From Blautia sp. (GTDB lineage Bacteria > Bacillota > Clostridia > Lachnospirales > Lachnospiraceae): a stretch of DNA of 64,000 nt. The translations under genes were made by a program, and so were the position numbers. Position 1 is the first letter of the stretch, and every line of letters starts with the position of its first letter. Shown here piece by piece: positions 10,002 to 19,313 of the stretch. The stretch spans positions 4,752 through 68,751 of the forward strand of contig JALFGN010000123.1 in NCBI GenBank assembly GCA_022777285.1, read 5' to 3'. The notes below the pieces were generated by a model. It was not told the DNA's origin. It saw nothing but the letters and a program-made list of their open reading frames with translations, and searched no databases.

Positions 10002-10283
10002 ATGGAAATTGCGGTAATGTTGGATGAACTCCTTCAGAAAGCAAAGAAGGATGAAAAGCTGAAGCAGACACTGTTGGCGACCAGGCAGGAAAAGAATCCG
10101 TTGTCTGCTTTTTGCAGAGTTTGTCAGGAACTGGGGTATCCTGTTTATGAAATGGAACTGATTGAAGTGGGAGAAGAATTTTATGCATCTATGAGACGAA
10201 GTACGAATGGAGGCGGAGAAAATTCTCCCATGTTAGAAGGCGAAGATGATTTTTATGAACTCTTCTTTGCAAGCCTAAAATAA
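10002..10283 (+). CDS. Small protein with a Nif11-like N-terminal domain
   Basis: 93 aa. LDELLQKAKKDEKLKQTLLA...FCRVCQELGYPVYEMEL resembles the Nif11 helical domain. It is followed by NGGG and an acidic/aromatic tail. A GGGAGGAAG RBS precedes the ATG at 10002. Confidence 0.4.
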   Translation: MEIAVMLDELLQKAKKDEKLKQTLLATRQEKNPLSAFCRVCQELGYPVYEMELIEVGEEFYASMRRSTNGGGENSPMLEGEDDFYELFFASLK

Positions 10284-10300
10284 TCGAGGTGATGAAAAGA

Positions 10301-10879
10301 ATGTTAAAAGATCTGGTACTTGCAAACAGAAGTTACAGAGGTTATGACGAATCCAGAAAAATTACAAAAGAGGAATTGCTGGAATTTGTAGATTGTGCCC
10401 GCCTGACACCTTCCAGTGTCAATGGGCAGCCGTTTAAGTATTATCTGGCATGGGAAAAGGAGTGCGTAGATAAAATTCAGTCTATGACCAAATGGGCCAG
10501 AGCACTGCCGGAAATGACGCTTCCTCATCCGGGTATGTGTCCTACTGGATTTGTAATTATCTGTCAGGATACGAAGATTGGAGAGTCGCTCGGAAGATAT
10601 CAGAAAGATGTCGGTATTGTGGCACAGACCATGCTTCTTGCGGCAGCAGAAAAAGGTCTGGGTGGATGTATGATCGGGAATTTCAATGCAGGCCAGGTAA
10701 AGGAAGAACTGCAGCTGGCAGAGCATCTTGCACCAATGCTGATCGTGGCATTCGGAAAACCGGCAGAGAAGATTGTTCTTACGGAAGTAGGAGAAGATGG
10801 GAACACCAATTATTACAGAGATGAGAATGATGTGCATTATGTTCCGAAAAGAAAGCTGGAAGATATCATTTTATCATGA
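10301..10879 (+). CDS. Nitroreductase family protein
   Basis: RSYRGY near the N-terminus, PSSVNGQP, and GGCMIGNF. The size, about 190 aa, is typical. The start is ambiguous between 10289, 10292 and 10301. Confidence 0.8.
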   Translation: MLKDLVLANRSYRGYDESRKITKEELLEFVDCARLTPSSVNGQPFKYYLAWEKECVDKIQSMTKWARALPEMTLPHPGMCPTGFVIICQDTKIGESLGRYQKDVGIVAQTMLLAAAEKGLGGCMIGNFNAGQVKEELQLAEHLAPMLIVAFGKPAEKIVLTEVGEDGNTNYYRDENDVHYVPKRKLEDIILS

Positions 10880-10900
10880 CAGGTAGAGAAGGAAGCAAAA

Positions 10901-11683
10901 ATGGATATACGTAATATTATGAAAATCGTGAAAGATGCTTCGGGCATCTTATCACAAAGAGAGCTGGCAGATGATGTGTCTGTGAAAGGTCCGGCAGATT
11001 TTGTGACAGAAGCGGATAAGACCATACAGGAATTTATCCGGGCAGAACTGGAACTTCAGTATCCGGATATTCCGTTTTTGGGAGAAGAAGGAAAGAAAGA
11101 AAATATAGATTTTTCCTCCCGTTTATGGGTCCTGGATCCTGTGGATGGAACAACCAATCTGATTCATGATTATAGAGCCAGTGCGATTTCCCTGGCACTT
11201 CTTGAAAAACAGGAGCCGGTTCTGGCGATTATTTATCAGCCATATACGAAGGAAATGTTCTGGGCAGAGAAGGGAAAGGGTGCGTATCTGGGAGATGCAC
11301 AGATTCATGTAAGTAAAGCATCCGGTCTTTGGGAAAGTATTGTTTCGGTAGGAACTTCCCCTTATAGAAAAGATCTGGCAGATCAGAATTTCGCATGGAT
11401 AAAAGAAGTTTTTTTAAAGAGTCAGGATATTCGAAGAAGTGGTTCGGCAGCCATTGATCTGGCTATGGTGGCAGCCGGAAGAACGGATGCGTTTTTGGAG
11501 AGAAATCTGAAATTGTGGGATTTTGCAGCCGGATGGCTTCTGATCAAAGAAGCCGGAGGTGCAGTGACGGATTTTTCAGGAGAAGCGTTAAAGACAGAAT
11601 TGTCAGGAGATGTGGTTACCGGTACAGAAGGGGTAGTCCGTGAGCTGTTGGAAATCCTTAAGGAAGACCGGGAGCAGTGCTGA
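10901..11683 (+). CDS. Inositol monophosphatase family protein
   Basis: Motifs FLGEEG, WVLDPVDGTTN and WDFAAG. Confidence 0.85.
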   Translation: MDIRNIMKIVKDASGILSQRELADDVSVKGPADFVTEADKTIQEFIRAELELQYPDIPFLGEEGKKENIDFSSRLWVLDPVDGTTNLIHDYRASAISLALLEKQEPVLAIIYQPYTKEMFWAEKGKGAYLGDAQIHVSKASGLWESIVSVGTSPYRKDLADQNFAWIKEVFLKSQDIRRSGSAAIDLAMVAAGRTDAFLERNLKLWDFAAGWLLIKEAGGAVTDFSGEALKTELSGDVVTGTEGVVRELLEILKEDREQC

Positions 11684-11685
11684 TA

Positions 11686-12495
11686 TTACAGATGTTCCCG
11701 GAATCTGGAGGGAGAAATTCCATATCGTTTCTTGAAGGCTTTGCTTAGATGAAACTCGTCATAAAAACCAAAGTTCAGAGCTGCTTCACGCAGAGTTGCT
11801 TTCGGTTGATAAATTAGAAAATGCCGGACCATTTCCAGATGGGTTTCCATTTGAAAGGCATAGAACGTTTTCTGGAAAGATTTCAGAAAATGATTGTTTA
11901 GTGTGCGGGCACAGATAAAATGACAGGCAGCCATTTCTTCTGAGGTATAAAAAATCTGAGGATGGGAACGAATCTGCTGTTCTACTTCTTCAACCAGAGA
12001 ATCCGTTGGCGTGATTCTGCTTTTGCAGGAGAACAGTTCTGAAATTTCACACAGAATCATATTGAACAGAAGAGAGAGACGGTTTTCCCGTTCCGTTCTG
12101 GAAGACCAGTAGACAGAAATCAAGTCCTGAAAATACTGGCGTATGTGTGGATGATTCTGACAGTGAACAAGGGTGTGGCAGGAAAAAAGAGAAGGAGAAA
12201 CCGATTGCGGGGAAAGGCATTCCTGCTCTGTGGGTTTTACATGAAAGTACATATGTCGGTTGCCGGGATTGCAGAGCTTTTTTCCGTAATGATGTCTGCC
12301 TGCTGCAAGGATCAACAGGTCATCCTGCACAAGAGAATAGGGAGTGCCTTCTTCCCAGACTTCCCATTCTCCATCAAGAATATAGAGAAAATCGTGTTCA
12401 TCCATAATACGGTCAGGATGAACCATCCCATTTACGGGAGTGATATAATTGGCACTGGTGATTTCACGCAGTGCCATTTTTTCGAGCATCACCAT
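11686..12495 (-). CDS. AraC family transcriptional regulator (cupin sensor plus HTH)
   Basis: N-terminal cupin-like region and a C-terminal AraC HTH (LREAALNFGFYDEFHLSKAFKKRYGISPSRF). AAGGAG lies 7 nt before the ATG at 12495. Confidence 0.8.
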   Translation of the reverse strand: MVMLEKMALREITSANYITPVNGMVHPDRIMDEHDFLYILDGEWEVWEEGTPYSLVQDDLLILAAGRHHYGKKLCNPGNRHMYFHVKPTEQECLSPQSVSPSLFSCHTLVHCQNHPHIRQYFQDLISVYWSSRTERENRLSLLFNMILCEISELFSCKSRITPTDSLVEEVEQQIRSHPQIFYTSEEMAACHFICARTLNNHFLKSFQKTFYAFQMETHLEMVRHFLIYQPKATLREAALNFGFYDEFHLSKAFKKRYGISPSRFREHL

Positions 12496-12612
12496 AAAAA
12501 TTCTCCTTTTCGTTTTCCATATTATACATGTTTTTTTCTTTATTGACAATGGATAGTTGGGGCGGGGACTGTTAAAATCAAAACAGATAAAAAGTCATGG
12601 AGGATATAAAGA

Positions 12613-14634
12613 ATGGATAAGAAAAGATACAGCAAACCTTTATCACTGAGAAGTGTTCAGGTGACCGATGATTTTTGGAAAAAGGAAATGGAACTGGTGA
12701 GAAAAGAAGTCATTCCTTATCAGTGGAATGCATTGAATGATCAGGTGGAAGGTGCAGCCCCCAGTTTCTGCATGCGAAATTTTAAAATAGCAGGAAAACA
12801 GAATCAGGAAAGAAAAGCCCAGGGAGAGTCTTATCAGGAGGCATCTTATACATTCCGCGGGTTTGAGGCGCTCCCGGAAAATCCGGAACATCTGGAAGAC
12901 AAGTTTTACGGTTTTGTATTTCAGGATAGTGATTTTTATAAATGGATTGAAGCAGTGGGATATTCTCTGACCCAGCATCCGGATCCGGAACTGGAAAAAA
13001 CTGCAGATGAAGCAATTGATATCGTATGTGCTGCACAGCAGGAAGACGGCTATCTGGATACTTATTATATTCTTAATGGAAAAGATAAAATTTTTTCGAA
13101 TCTGAAAGATCATCATGAGATGTACTGTCTGGGACATCTTGTAGAAGGAGCAGTGGCTTACTATGAGGCTACTGGAAAAGATAAACTTCTGAATGCAGCA
13201 AAACGGTATGCCGATTATGTAAAGGAACGTTTTGGGAAAGAAGAGGGAAAAAGCAAGGGATATCCGGGACATGAAATTGCAGAAATGGCACTGGTGCGCC
13301 TGTATGAGACTACCGGTGAAGAGAAATATTTGAATCTGGCAAAATTCTTTGTGGACCAGAGAGGAACAAAGCCTTACTATTTTGATAAAGAACAGCCGGA
13401 AGAAGCTGCAAAAGATCCGGATGGAATCCGTTATGAGTATTATCAGGCACATATGCCGGTACGACAGCAGGAAGAAGCAGTGGGACATGCAGTGCGTGCA
13501 GTCTATCTGTATTCCGGTATGGCAGATGTGGCAAGACTGACAGGAGATGAAGAACTCTATCATGCCTGCGAAAAACTTTGGAAGAACATGACAGAAAAGA
13601 AAATGTATCTGACAGGAGGAATCGGAGGGACCCACATAGGGGAATCGTTTTCCTTTAATTATGATTTGCCAAATGACACGGCATATGCAGAGACTTGTGC
13701 CTCGATCGGTTTGATTTTTATGGCAAGAAGAATGCTGGAGATCAAACCGGACTCCAGATATGCAGATGCGATGGAACTGGCTCTGTATAATACAGTACTC
13801 AGTGGTATGTCTCTGGATGGAAAAAGCTTTTTCTATGTAAATCCTCTGGAGGTCAATCCGGAAGCTTGTCACAAAGACGAGCGGAAATTCCATGTAAAAC
13901 CAGTTCGCCAGAAATGGTTTGGCTGTGCATGCTGCCCGCCGAATCTGGCAAGGCTGTTAAGCTCTGTAAGCAGTTATGCCTATACAGAAACAGAAGACAC
14001 ACTTTTTGTACATCTTTACATGGGAAGTAAGATTCAGAAAAGAATCGGAGAACAGGAAGCAGAAATTATCATTACTTCCGGTTTCCCGGCAAATGGTCAT
14101 GTAGAGATTCAGGTAAAAGGAAACGATCAGCCGTTTACGCTGGCCCTTCGTATTCCACAGTGGGGCAGACAGTACAAACTGGAGGGCGCAGAAGATGGAG
14201 CAATCCAGGTAAAAGACGGGTATCTGTATGTGAAGAAAGTATGGAAAGAGGGGGAAACACTGAAGCTGGAATTCCCTATGGAGGTTCAGGTTCTTCAGGC
14301 AGACAACAGAGTACGAGAGAACATAGGAAAAGTGGCAGTTGTAAGAGGTCCTGTTGTCTATTGTCTTGAGGAGGCTGATAATGGAAAGAACCTTCACCTC
14401 CTTACTATGGATTGCAGCAAACCATGTACAGAGGTACGTGAAGAAATAGCAAAAGAACCGATTATTGCGATTCTTGCACAGGGAAGCAGAGAAAAACTGA
14501 CACAGACAGACGGAAGTTTATATATGCCTGTAAAACAGGCAGAAAAAGAACCGGCAGAACTTCATTTTATTCCTTATTATGTATGGGCGAACAGAGGAGA
14601 AAATGAAATGACTGTGTGGGTCAGAAGGGATTGA
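12613..14634 (+). CDS. Glycoside hydrolase family 127 (beta-L-arabinofuranosidase-like, DUF1680)
   Basis: 673 aa. Motifs: HEMYCLGHLVEGAVAYYEATG, TGGIG, YAETCASIG and the Cys-rich WFGCACCPPNLARL. Confidence 0.8.
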   Translation: MDKKRYSKPLSLRSVQVTDDFWKKEMELVRKEVIPYQWNALNDQVEGAAPSFCMRNFKIAGKQNQERKAQGESYQEASYTFRGFEALPENPEHLEDKFYGFVFQDSDFYKWIEAVGYSLTQHPDPELEKTADEAIDIVCAAQQEDGYLDTYYILNGKDKIFSNLKDHHEMYCLGHLVEGAVAYYEATGKDKLLNAAKRYADYVKERFGKEEGKSKGYPGHEIAEMALVRLYETTGEEKYLNLAKFFVDQRGTKPYYFDKEQPEEAAKDPDGIRYEYYQAHMPVRQQEEAVGHAVRAVYLYSGMADVARLTGDEELYHACEKLWKNMTEKKMYLTGGIGGTHIGESFSFNYDLPNDTAYAETCASIGLIFMARRMLEIKPDSRYADAMELALYNTVLSGMSLDGKSFFYVNPLEVNPEACHKDERKFHVKPVRQKWFGCACCPPNLARLLSSVSSYAYTETEDTLFVHLYMGSKIQKRIGEQEAEIIITSGFPANGHVEIQVKGNDQPFTLALRIPQWGRQYKLEGAEDGAIQVKDGYLYVKKVWKEGETLKLEFPMEVQVLQADNRVRENIGKVAVVRGPVVYCLEEADNGKNLHLLTMDCSKPCTEVREEIAKEPIIAILAQGSREKLTQTDGSLYMPVKQAEKEPAELHFIPYYVWANRGENEMTVWVRRD

Positions 14635-14677
14635 AAGAAAACATAGAGAGTTTTTACATTTTTCTGGATTTTATGTA

Positions 14678-14706
14678 TTGACATTTTCCGATAAATAAAC
14701 TAGAAT
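14678..14706 (+). promoter_or_regulatory. Sigma-A promoter candidate for rpsT (TTGACA-17-TAGAAT)
   Basis: Consensus -35 and a near-consensus -10 with a 17-nt spacer. It lies about 90 nt upstream of the rpsT start. Confidence 0.6.
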
Positions 14707-14795
14707 GAAAAAGCATGTAAATGCCGAAGTGTCCGTGTCTTCTTCGGTAAAAATAACAATGAGTGAGATTAAATAAATTTTGGAGGTGTACGGTT

Positions 14796-15059
14796 TTGGC
14801 AAATATCAAATCTGCTAAAAAAAGAGTTTTAGTAAACAGAAAAAAAGCTGAAAGAAATAAATCTATCAAATCAGCAGTTAAGACTTCTATCAAGAAAGTA
14901 GAAGCAGCAGTTGCAGCAAAAGATAAAGAAGCAGCAGTTGCAGCATTAACAAATGCAATTTCTACAATTGATAAAGCTGCTACAAAAGGTGTTTACCACA
15001 AAAATAATGCAGCAAGAAAAGTTTCCCGTTTATCTAAAGCTGTTAATTCTCTGAACTAA
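14796..15059 (+). CDS. rpsT: 30S ribosomal protein S20
   Basis: ANIKSAKKRVLVNRKKAERNKS... is the canonical S20 N-terminus. The TTG start lies 9 nt after GGAGG. Confidence 0.9.
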   Translation: MANIKSAKKRVLVNRKKAERNKSIKSAVKTSIKKVEAAVAAKDKEAAVAALTNAISTIDKAATKGVYHKNNAARKVSRLSKAVNSLN

Positions 15060-15084
15060 TTAATAGATAAACATAAAAAGAAGA

Positions 15085-15128
15085 TCCCCTGCATGTCATC
15101 CGTCATTGACATGCAGGGGATTTTTTTC
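15085..15128 (+). terminator. Rho-independent terminator after rpsT
   Basis: A perfect 14-bp stem, tcccctgcatgtca / tgacatgcagggga, followed by T7. Confidence 0.85.
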
Positions 15129-15221
15129 GTCAGGGAACTCTTTATGTTTTCTTTCTATATACATAAAATCCGGAAAAATGCAAAAAATAACAATAAAAAT
15201 TACGGAAAGGAACGAAAGGGA

Positions 15222-16127
15222 ATGACAGCAGGCAGAATACACACAGACCTTGCATTGGAAGCGAAGGAAAAGTATGAAGAAGAAAATGTGGAGATCCGTG
15301 GAGTTGTAATCGAAGAAGATTATAATGAGGAGAAGGATATCAGTATCACATGCGTGAAGATTCAGTCTGAGAATGGTGCAAAATCGATGGGAAGACCCCA
15401 GGGGATCTATATCACACTGGAAGCTCCGAATCTGTCTGTTCCGGATGAAGCATATCACAGAGAGATATCCAGAGAGTTGTCCGGCCATATAAAAAAGCTG
15501 ATGCCGGATAAAGAAGATATGACCATACTGGTAGTAGGACTTGGAAATCGTGATGTGACACCAGATGCCCTTGGTCCGGATGTAATTGCAAATTTATGCA
15601 TCACACGTCATGTGATACAGGAATACGGTGTTCATGGGATGGGAGAAATGCACAGGCACCGAATCAGCGGAATTGTACCAGGAGTAATGGCACAGACAGG
15701 AATGGAAACACTGGAAATTATCAAAGGTGTAGTACAGGAAATTCATCCGGATGTGATTTTTGCAGTAGATGCCCTTGCAGCAAGAAGTGTGCGTCGTCTG
15801 AATCGGACCATACAGATTACAGATACAGGAATTATTCCTGGATCTGGAGTCGGAAATCACAGAAACGGGCTGACAGAAGAAACACTGGGTGTGAAAGTAA
15901 TCGGAATCGGTGTTCCTACAGTCGTGGATGCTGCCACGATTGTGCAGGATTCCATGGCGAATCTTCTGGATACATTAGAAGAATCCGAAAAAAAAGAATT
16001 TCTGGAAGAAATGATAGCCCCGGCTTTATATAGTATGTTCGTTACTCCAAAAGATGTAGATGAGACGGTAAAACGTTTGTCTTTTACGATTTCAGAAGGG
16101 TTGAATATGGCTTTTGCATCTGAATAG
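15222..16127 (+). CDS. gpr: Germination protease (GPR endopeptidase)
   Basis: RTDLALEA-like start (HTDLALEAKE), VVGLGNRDVTPDALGP, DALAARS. It follows rpsT as in Bacillus and Clostridium. Confidence 0.9.
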   Translation: MTAGRIHTDLALEAKEKYEEENVEIRGVVIEEDYNEEKDISITCVKIQSENGAKSMGRPQGIYITLEAPNLSVPDEAYHREISRELSGHIKKLMPDKEDMTILVVGLGNRDVTPDALGPDVIANLCITRHVIQEYGVHGMGEMHRHRISGIVPGVMAQTGMETLEIIKGVVQEIHPDVIFAVDALAARSVRRLNRTIQITDTGIIPGSGVGNHRNGLTEETLGVKVIGIGVPTVVDAATIVQDSMANLLDTLEESEKKEFLEEMIAPALYSMFVTPKDVDETVKRLSFTISEGLNMAFASE

Positions 16128-16186
16128 TGTTTTGGATCAGGCATAAACTATTGTGAGCCTCTCATATATAGATATGAGGTGATTGG

Positions 16187-17374
16187 GTGAATCAGATGAG
16201 CGGAGAAAGCCATTTTCAGATCTTTCTATGGCTTCTTTTTTGCACAGTTGGAATCTACATTATCATAAAAGGTATCTATATGGATGAAGATACAGGAAAG
16301 CGGATCGGAAGAGATGCACAGGAAAAAGCCATAGAAACGTATCTTCCCGGAATTCAGGTAACGGAGGAAGACTCTAATAATAAAAATTTATTTCAGTCAC
16401 TAAGCGAAAAACTGACAGAGCAGATTCCTTTTTTGCATGTTGTCAAAGAAGAAACAGAACAAGATAAAGACACGGATAAAAAAATTTTAAAAGAAAATTC
16501 GTATTTTCTGACAGAAAAGCTGATTGAGGAGAATCAGGAAGCAGAACCGGAAGAGGAAGAAGAACGGGCAGATTCTCAACAAGTAGAAGCAAGTACATCG
16601 GTTACTTCTATTCCAATGGAAAAATTTCAGGATTTTGATTTTGTGATCAGCAATTTTTATACGATTGATAAAACGACCAGTATTAACGGAGAACAGTTGA
16701 ATGCACCGGAATTGATCCAGAAAGATATGCATATGAAGACGGAAAATGATCAGCCCCAGATTCTTATTTATCACAGTCATTCCCAGGAGGCATTTGTGGA
16801 TTCTGTACCGGGAAATCCGGAAACAACGATCGTAGGGGCAGGAACACGTCTGGCATCGATTCTTACGGATGCTTATGGATATTATGTGATTCATGTGACA
16901 GATACGTTTGATATCGTAGAAGGAAAACTGGACAGAGATAAAGCCTATAGTTATGCGCAGGAAAAAATCAGTCAGGTGCTGGATGAAAATCCCAGTGTGG
17001 AAGTTGTCATCGATCTTCACAGAGATGGTGTGTCGGAGGATAAACATCTGGTGACAGAAGTCAATGGAAAACCGACAGCGAAAATCATGTTTTTTAATGG
17101 TTTAAGCCGGACGACACAAAATGGCGATATTACTTACCTTCCCAACCCGTACATACAGGACAATCTGGCATTTTCTTTACAGCTTGCGTTAAAAGCGAAA
17201 GAATATTATCCGGACTGGATGCGGACAATTTATCTGAGAGGGTATCGCTATAATCTGCATCTGCGGCCGAAAGCGTTACTGGTGGAGTGCGGGGCACAGA
17301 CCAATACAGTAGAGGAAGAAATGAATGCAATGGAGCCTCTGGCAGATATTTTGAATAAAGTTCTCAAAGAGTAG
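16187..17374 (+). CDS. spoIIP: Stage II sporulation protein P
   Basis: N-terminal TM helix, an acidic linker, ILIYHSHSQEAF and VIDLHRDG motifs. The gpr-spoIIP synteny is conserved. Confidence 0.85.
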   Translation: MNQMSGESHFQIFLWLLFCTVGIYIIIKGIYMDEDTGKRIGRDAQEKAIETYLPGIQVTEEDSNNKNLFQSLSEKLTEQIPFLHVVKEETEQDKDTDKKILKENSYFLTEKLIEENQEAEPEEEEERADSQQVEASTSVTSIPMEKFQDFDFVISNFYTIDKTTSINGEQLNAPELIQKDMHMKTENDQPQILIYHSHSQEAFVDSVPGNPETTIVGAGTRLASILTDAYGYYVIHVTDTFDIVEGKLDRDKAYSYAQEKISQVLDENPSVEVVIDLHRDGVSEDKHLVTEVNGKPTAKIMFFNGLSRTTQNGDITYLPNPYIQDNLAFSLQLALKAKEYYPDWMRTIYLRGYRYNLHLRPKALLVECGAQTNTVEEEMNAMEPLADILNKVLKE

Positions 17375-17403
17375 AAATGCAGACTTTCTGTTTGAGTTGC
17401 GGC

Positions 17404-17433
17404 TTGATTCTTCCCGGGTTTTCATGATATACT
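17404..17433 (+). promoter_or_regulatory. Promoter candidate for lepA-hemW (TTGATT-18-TGaTATACT, extended -10)
   Basis: Read directly from the sequence. Confidence 0.45.
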
Positions 17434-17469
17434 ATTTTGGGTTATTATGAAAACAGGAGGAGAAATCAG

Positions 17470-19284
17470 TTGGCAGGAATAGAACAGAGTAAAATTCGTA
17501 ATTTTTGTATTATTGCACATATAGATCATGGAAAATCAACACTGGCAGACAGGATTATTGAAAAAACCGGTCTGCTTACAGCCAGAGAAATGCAGGCACA
17601 GGTCCTGGATAATATGGAACTGGAACGAGAGAGAGGAATCACCATCAAATCCCAGGCGGTACGTATCGTTTATCAGGCACAGGACGGAGAAGAATATATC
17701 TTTAATCTGATCGATACACCGGGACATGTGGATTTTAATTATGAAGTATCCAGAAGTCTTGCTGCCTGTGACGGAGCGATTCTGGTCGTAGATGCTGCGC
17801 AGGGCATTGAGGCGCAGACACTGGCCAATGTATATCTGGCACTGGATCATGACCTGGATGTATTTCCGGTTATTAATAAGATTGATCTGCCAAGTGCGGA
17901 ACCGGAACGCGTCAAAAATGAAATTGAAGATGTAATTGGAATCGAAGCACAGGATGCACCTCTGATTTCTGCAAAAATGGGGCTGAATATTGAAGAGGTA
18001 CTGGAACAGATTGTAACAAAAATTCCGGCACCTTCCGGAGATTCGAATGCACCGCTGCAGGCACTGATCTTTGACTCTGTTTATGATTCTTATAAAGGTG
18101 TGATTGTATTTTGCCGTATCAAAGAAGGTACCGTGAAGAAGGGAACCAGGATTCGTATGATGGCTACCGGCGCAGTAGAAGAAGTCGTGGAAGTCGGATA
18201 TTTTGGTGCCGGACAGTTTATTCCCTGTGAGGAACTGTCAGCAGGTATGGTAGGCTATATTACCGCAAGTATAAAGAATGTAAAAGACACACGGGTAGGT
18301 GATACGATTACCGATGAGGAACGTCCGTGTGCAGAACCACTTCCCGGATACAAAAAAGTAAATCCGATGGTTTATTGTGGTGTTTATCCGGCAGATGGAT
18401 CCAAATATCAGGATTTGAGAGATGCACTGGAAAAGCTCCAGTTAAATGATGCATCTTTGCAGTTTGAGCCGGAGACATCCATTGCCCTCGGATTTGGATT
18501 TCGTTGTGGATTTCTGGGACTTTTGCATCTGGAAATTATTCAGGAACGTCTGGAAAGAGAGTATAATCTGGATCTGGTTACAACAGCGCCGGGAGTTGTA
18601 TATCGTGTTTACAAAACAAACGGTGAGATGATGGAATTGACCAATCCTTCCAATCTTCCGGATCCTTCTGAAATTGAATATATGGAAGAACCGATGGTGA
18701 AGGCTGAGATCATGGTTACCACCGAATTTATCGGTCCGATCATGGATCTGTGTCAGGAGCGCCGGGGACAGTATCAGGGGATGGAGTATATGGAAACTAC
18801 AAGAGCATTGCTGAAATACCATCTTCCGCTGAATGAAATTATTTATGATTTCTTTGATGCACTGAAATCACGTTCCAGAGGATATGCGTCTTTTGACTAT
18901 GAAATGCTTGGTTATGAGAGAAGTGAACTGGTAAAACTGGATATTCTGGTAAATAAAGAAGAAGTAGATGCACTTTCCTTTATTGTATTTGCAGGTTCTG
19001 CTTATGAAAGAGGAAGAAAAATGTGCGAGAAGCTGAAAGAAGAGATACCAAGACAGCTTTTTGAAATTCCAATCCAGGCAGCAATCGGAAGCAAAATTAT
19101 TGCAAGAGAAACTGTAAAAGCCATGCGTAAAGACGTACTTGCAAAATGTTATGGCGGTGATATTTCCAGAAAGAGAAAACTTCTTGAAAAACAGAAGGAA
19201 GGAAAGAAACGAATGCGCCAGGTCGGAAATGTAGAGATTCCGCAGAAAGCGTTTATGAGCGTTCTGAAACTGGATGATAAATAA
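17470..19284 (+). CDS. lepA: Translation elongation factor 4 (LepA)
   Basis: [20 protein letters not shown] and DTPGHVDF, with full-length LepA architecture. The TTG start lies 9 nt after AGGAGG; the ORF is open from 17437. Confidence 0.95.
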   Translation: MAGIEQSKIRNFCIIAHIDHGKSTLADRIIEKTGLLTAREMQAQVLDNMELERERGITIKSQAVRIVYQAQDGEEYIFNLIDTPGHVDFNYEVSRSLAACDGAILVVDAAQGIEAQTLANVYLALDHDLDVFPVINKIDLPSAEPERVKNEIEDVIGIEAQDAPLISAKMGLNIEEVLEQIVTKIPAPSGDSNAPLQALIFDSVYDSYKGVIVFCRIKEGTVKKGTRIRMMATGAVEEVVEVGYFGAGQFIPCEELSAGMVGYITASIKNVKDTRVGDTITDEERPCAEPLPGYKKVNPMVYCGVYPADGSKYQDLRDALEKLQLNDASLQFEPETSIALGFGFRCGFLGLLHLEIIQERLEREYNLDLVTTAPGVVYRVYKTNGEMMELTNPSNLPDPSEIEYMEEPMVKAEIMVTTEFIGPIMDLCQERRGQYQGMEYMETTRALLKYHLPLNEIIYDFFDALKSRSRGYASFDYEMLGYERSELVKLDILVNKEEVDALSFIVFAGSAYERGRKMCEKLKEEIPRQLFEIPIQAAIGSKIIARETVKAMRKDVLAKCYGGDISRKRKLLEKQKEGKKRMRQVGNVEIPQKAFMSVLKLDDK

Positions 19285-19313
19285 AAGAGAAAGCAGCAAT
19301 GGGGGAAGGTAAC

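Noticed and set aside
12643-13893. A 416-aa minus-strand ORF inside the GH127 gene.
   Set aside because: It is an antisense shadow ORF. The GH127 frame carries all the family motifs, and the shadow product is Phe/Ile/Cys-rich nonsense.
15129-15221. I searched for a forespore (sigma-F/sigma-G) promoter upstream of gpr.
   Set aside because: A CATAAAAT-like -10 is present, but I could not find a convincing GHATR -35 at the correct spacing. No call was made.
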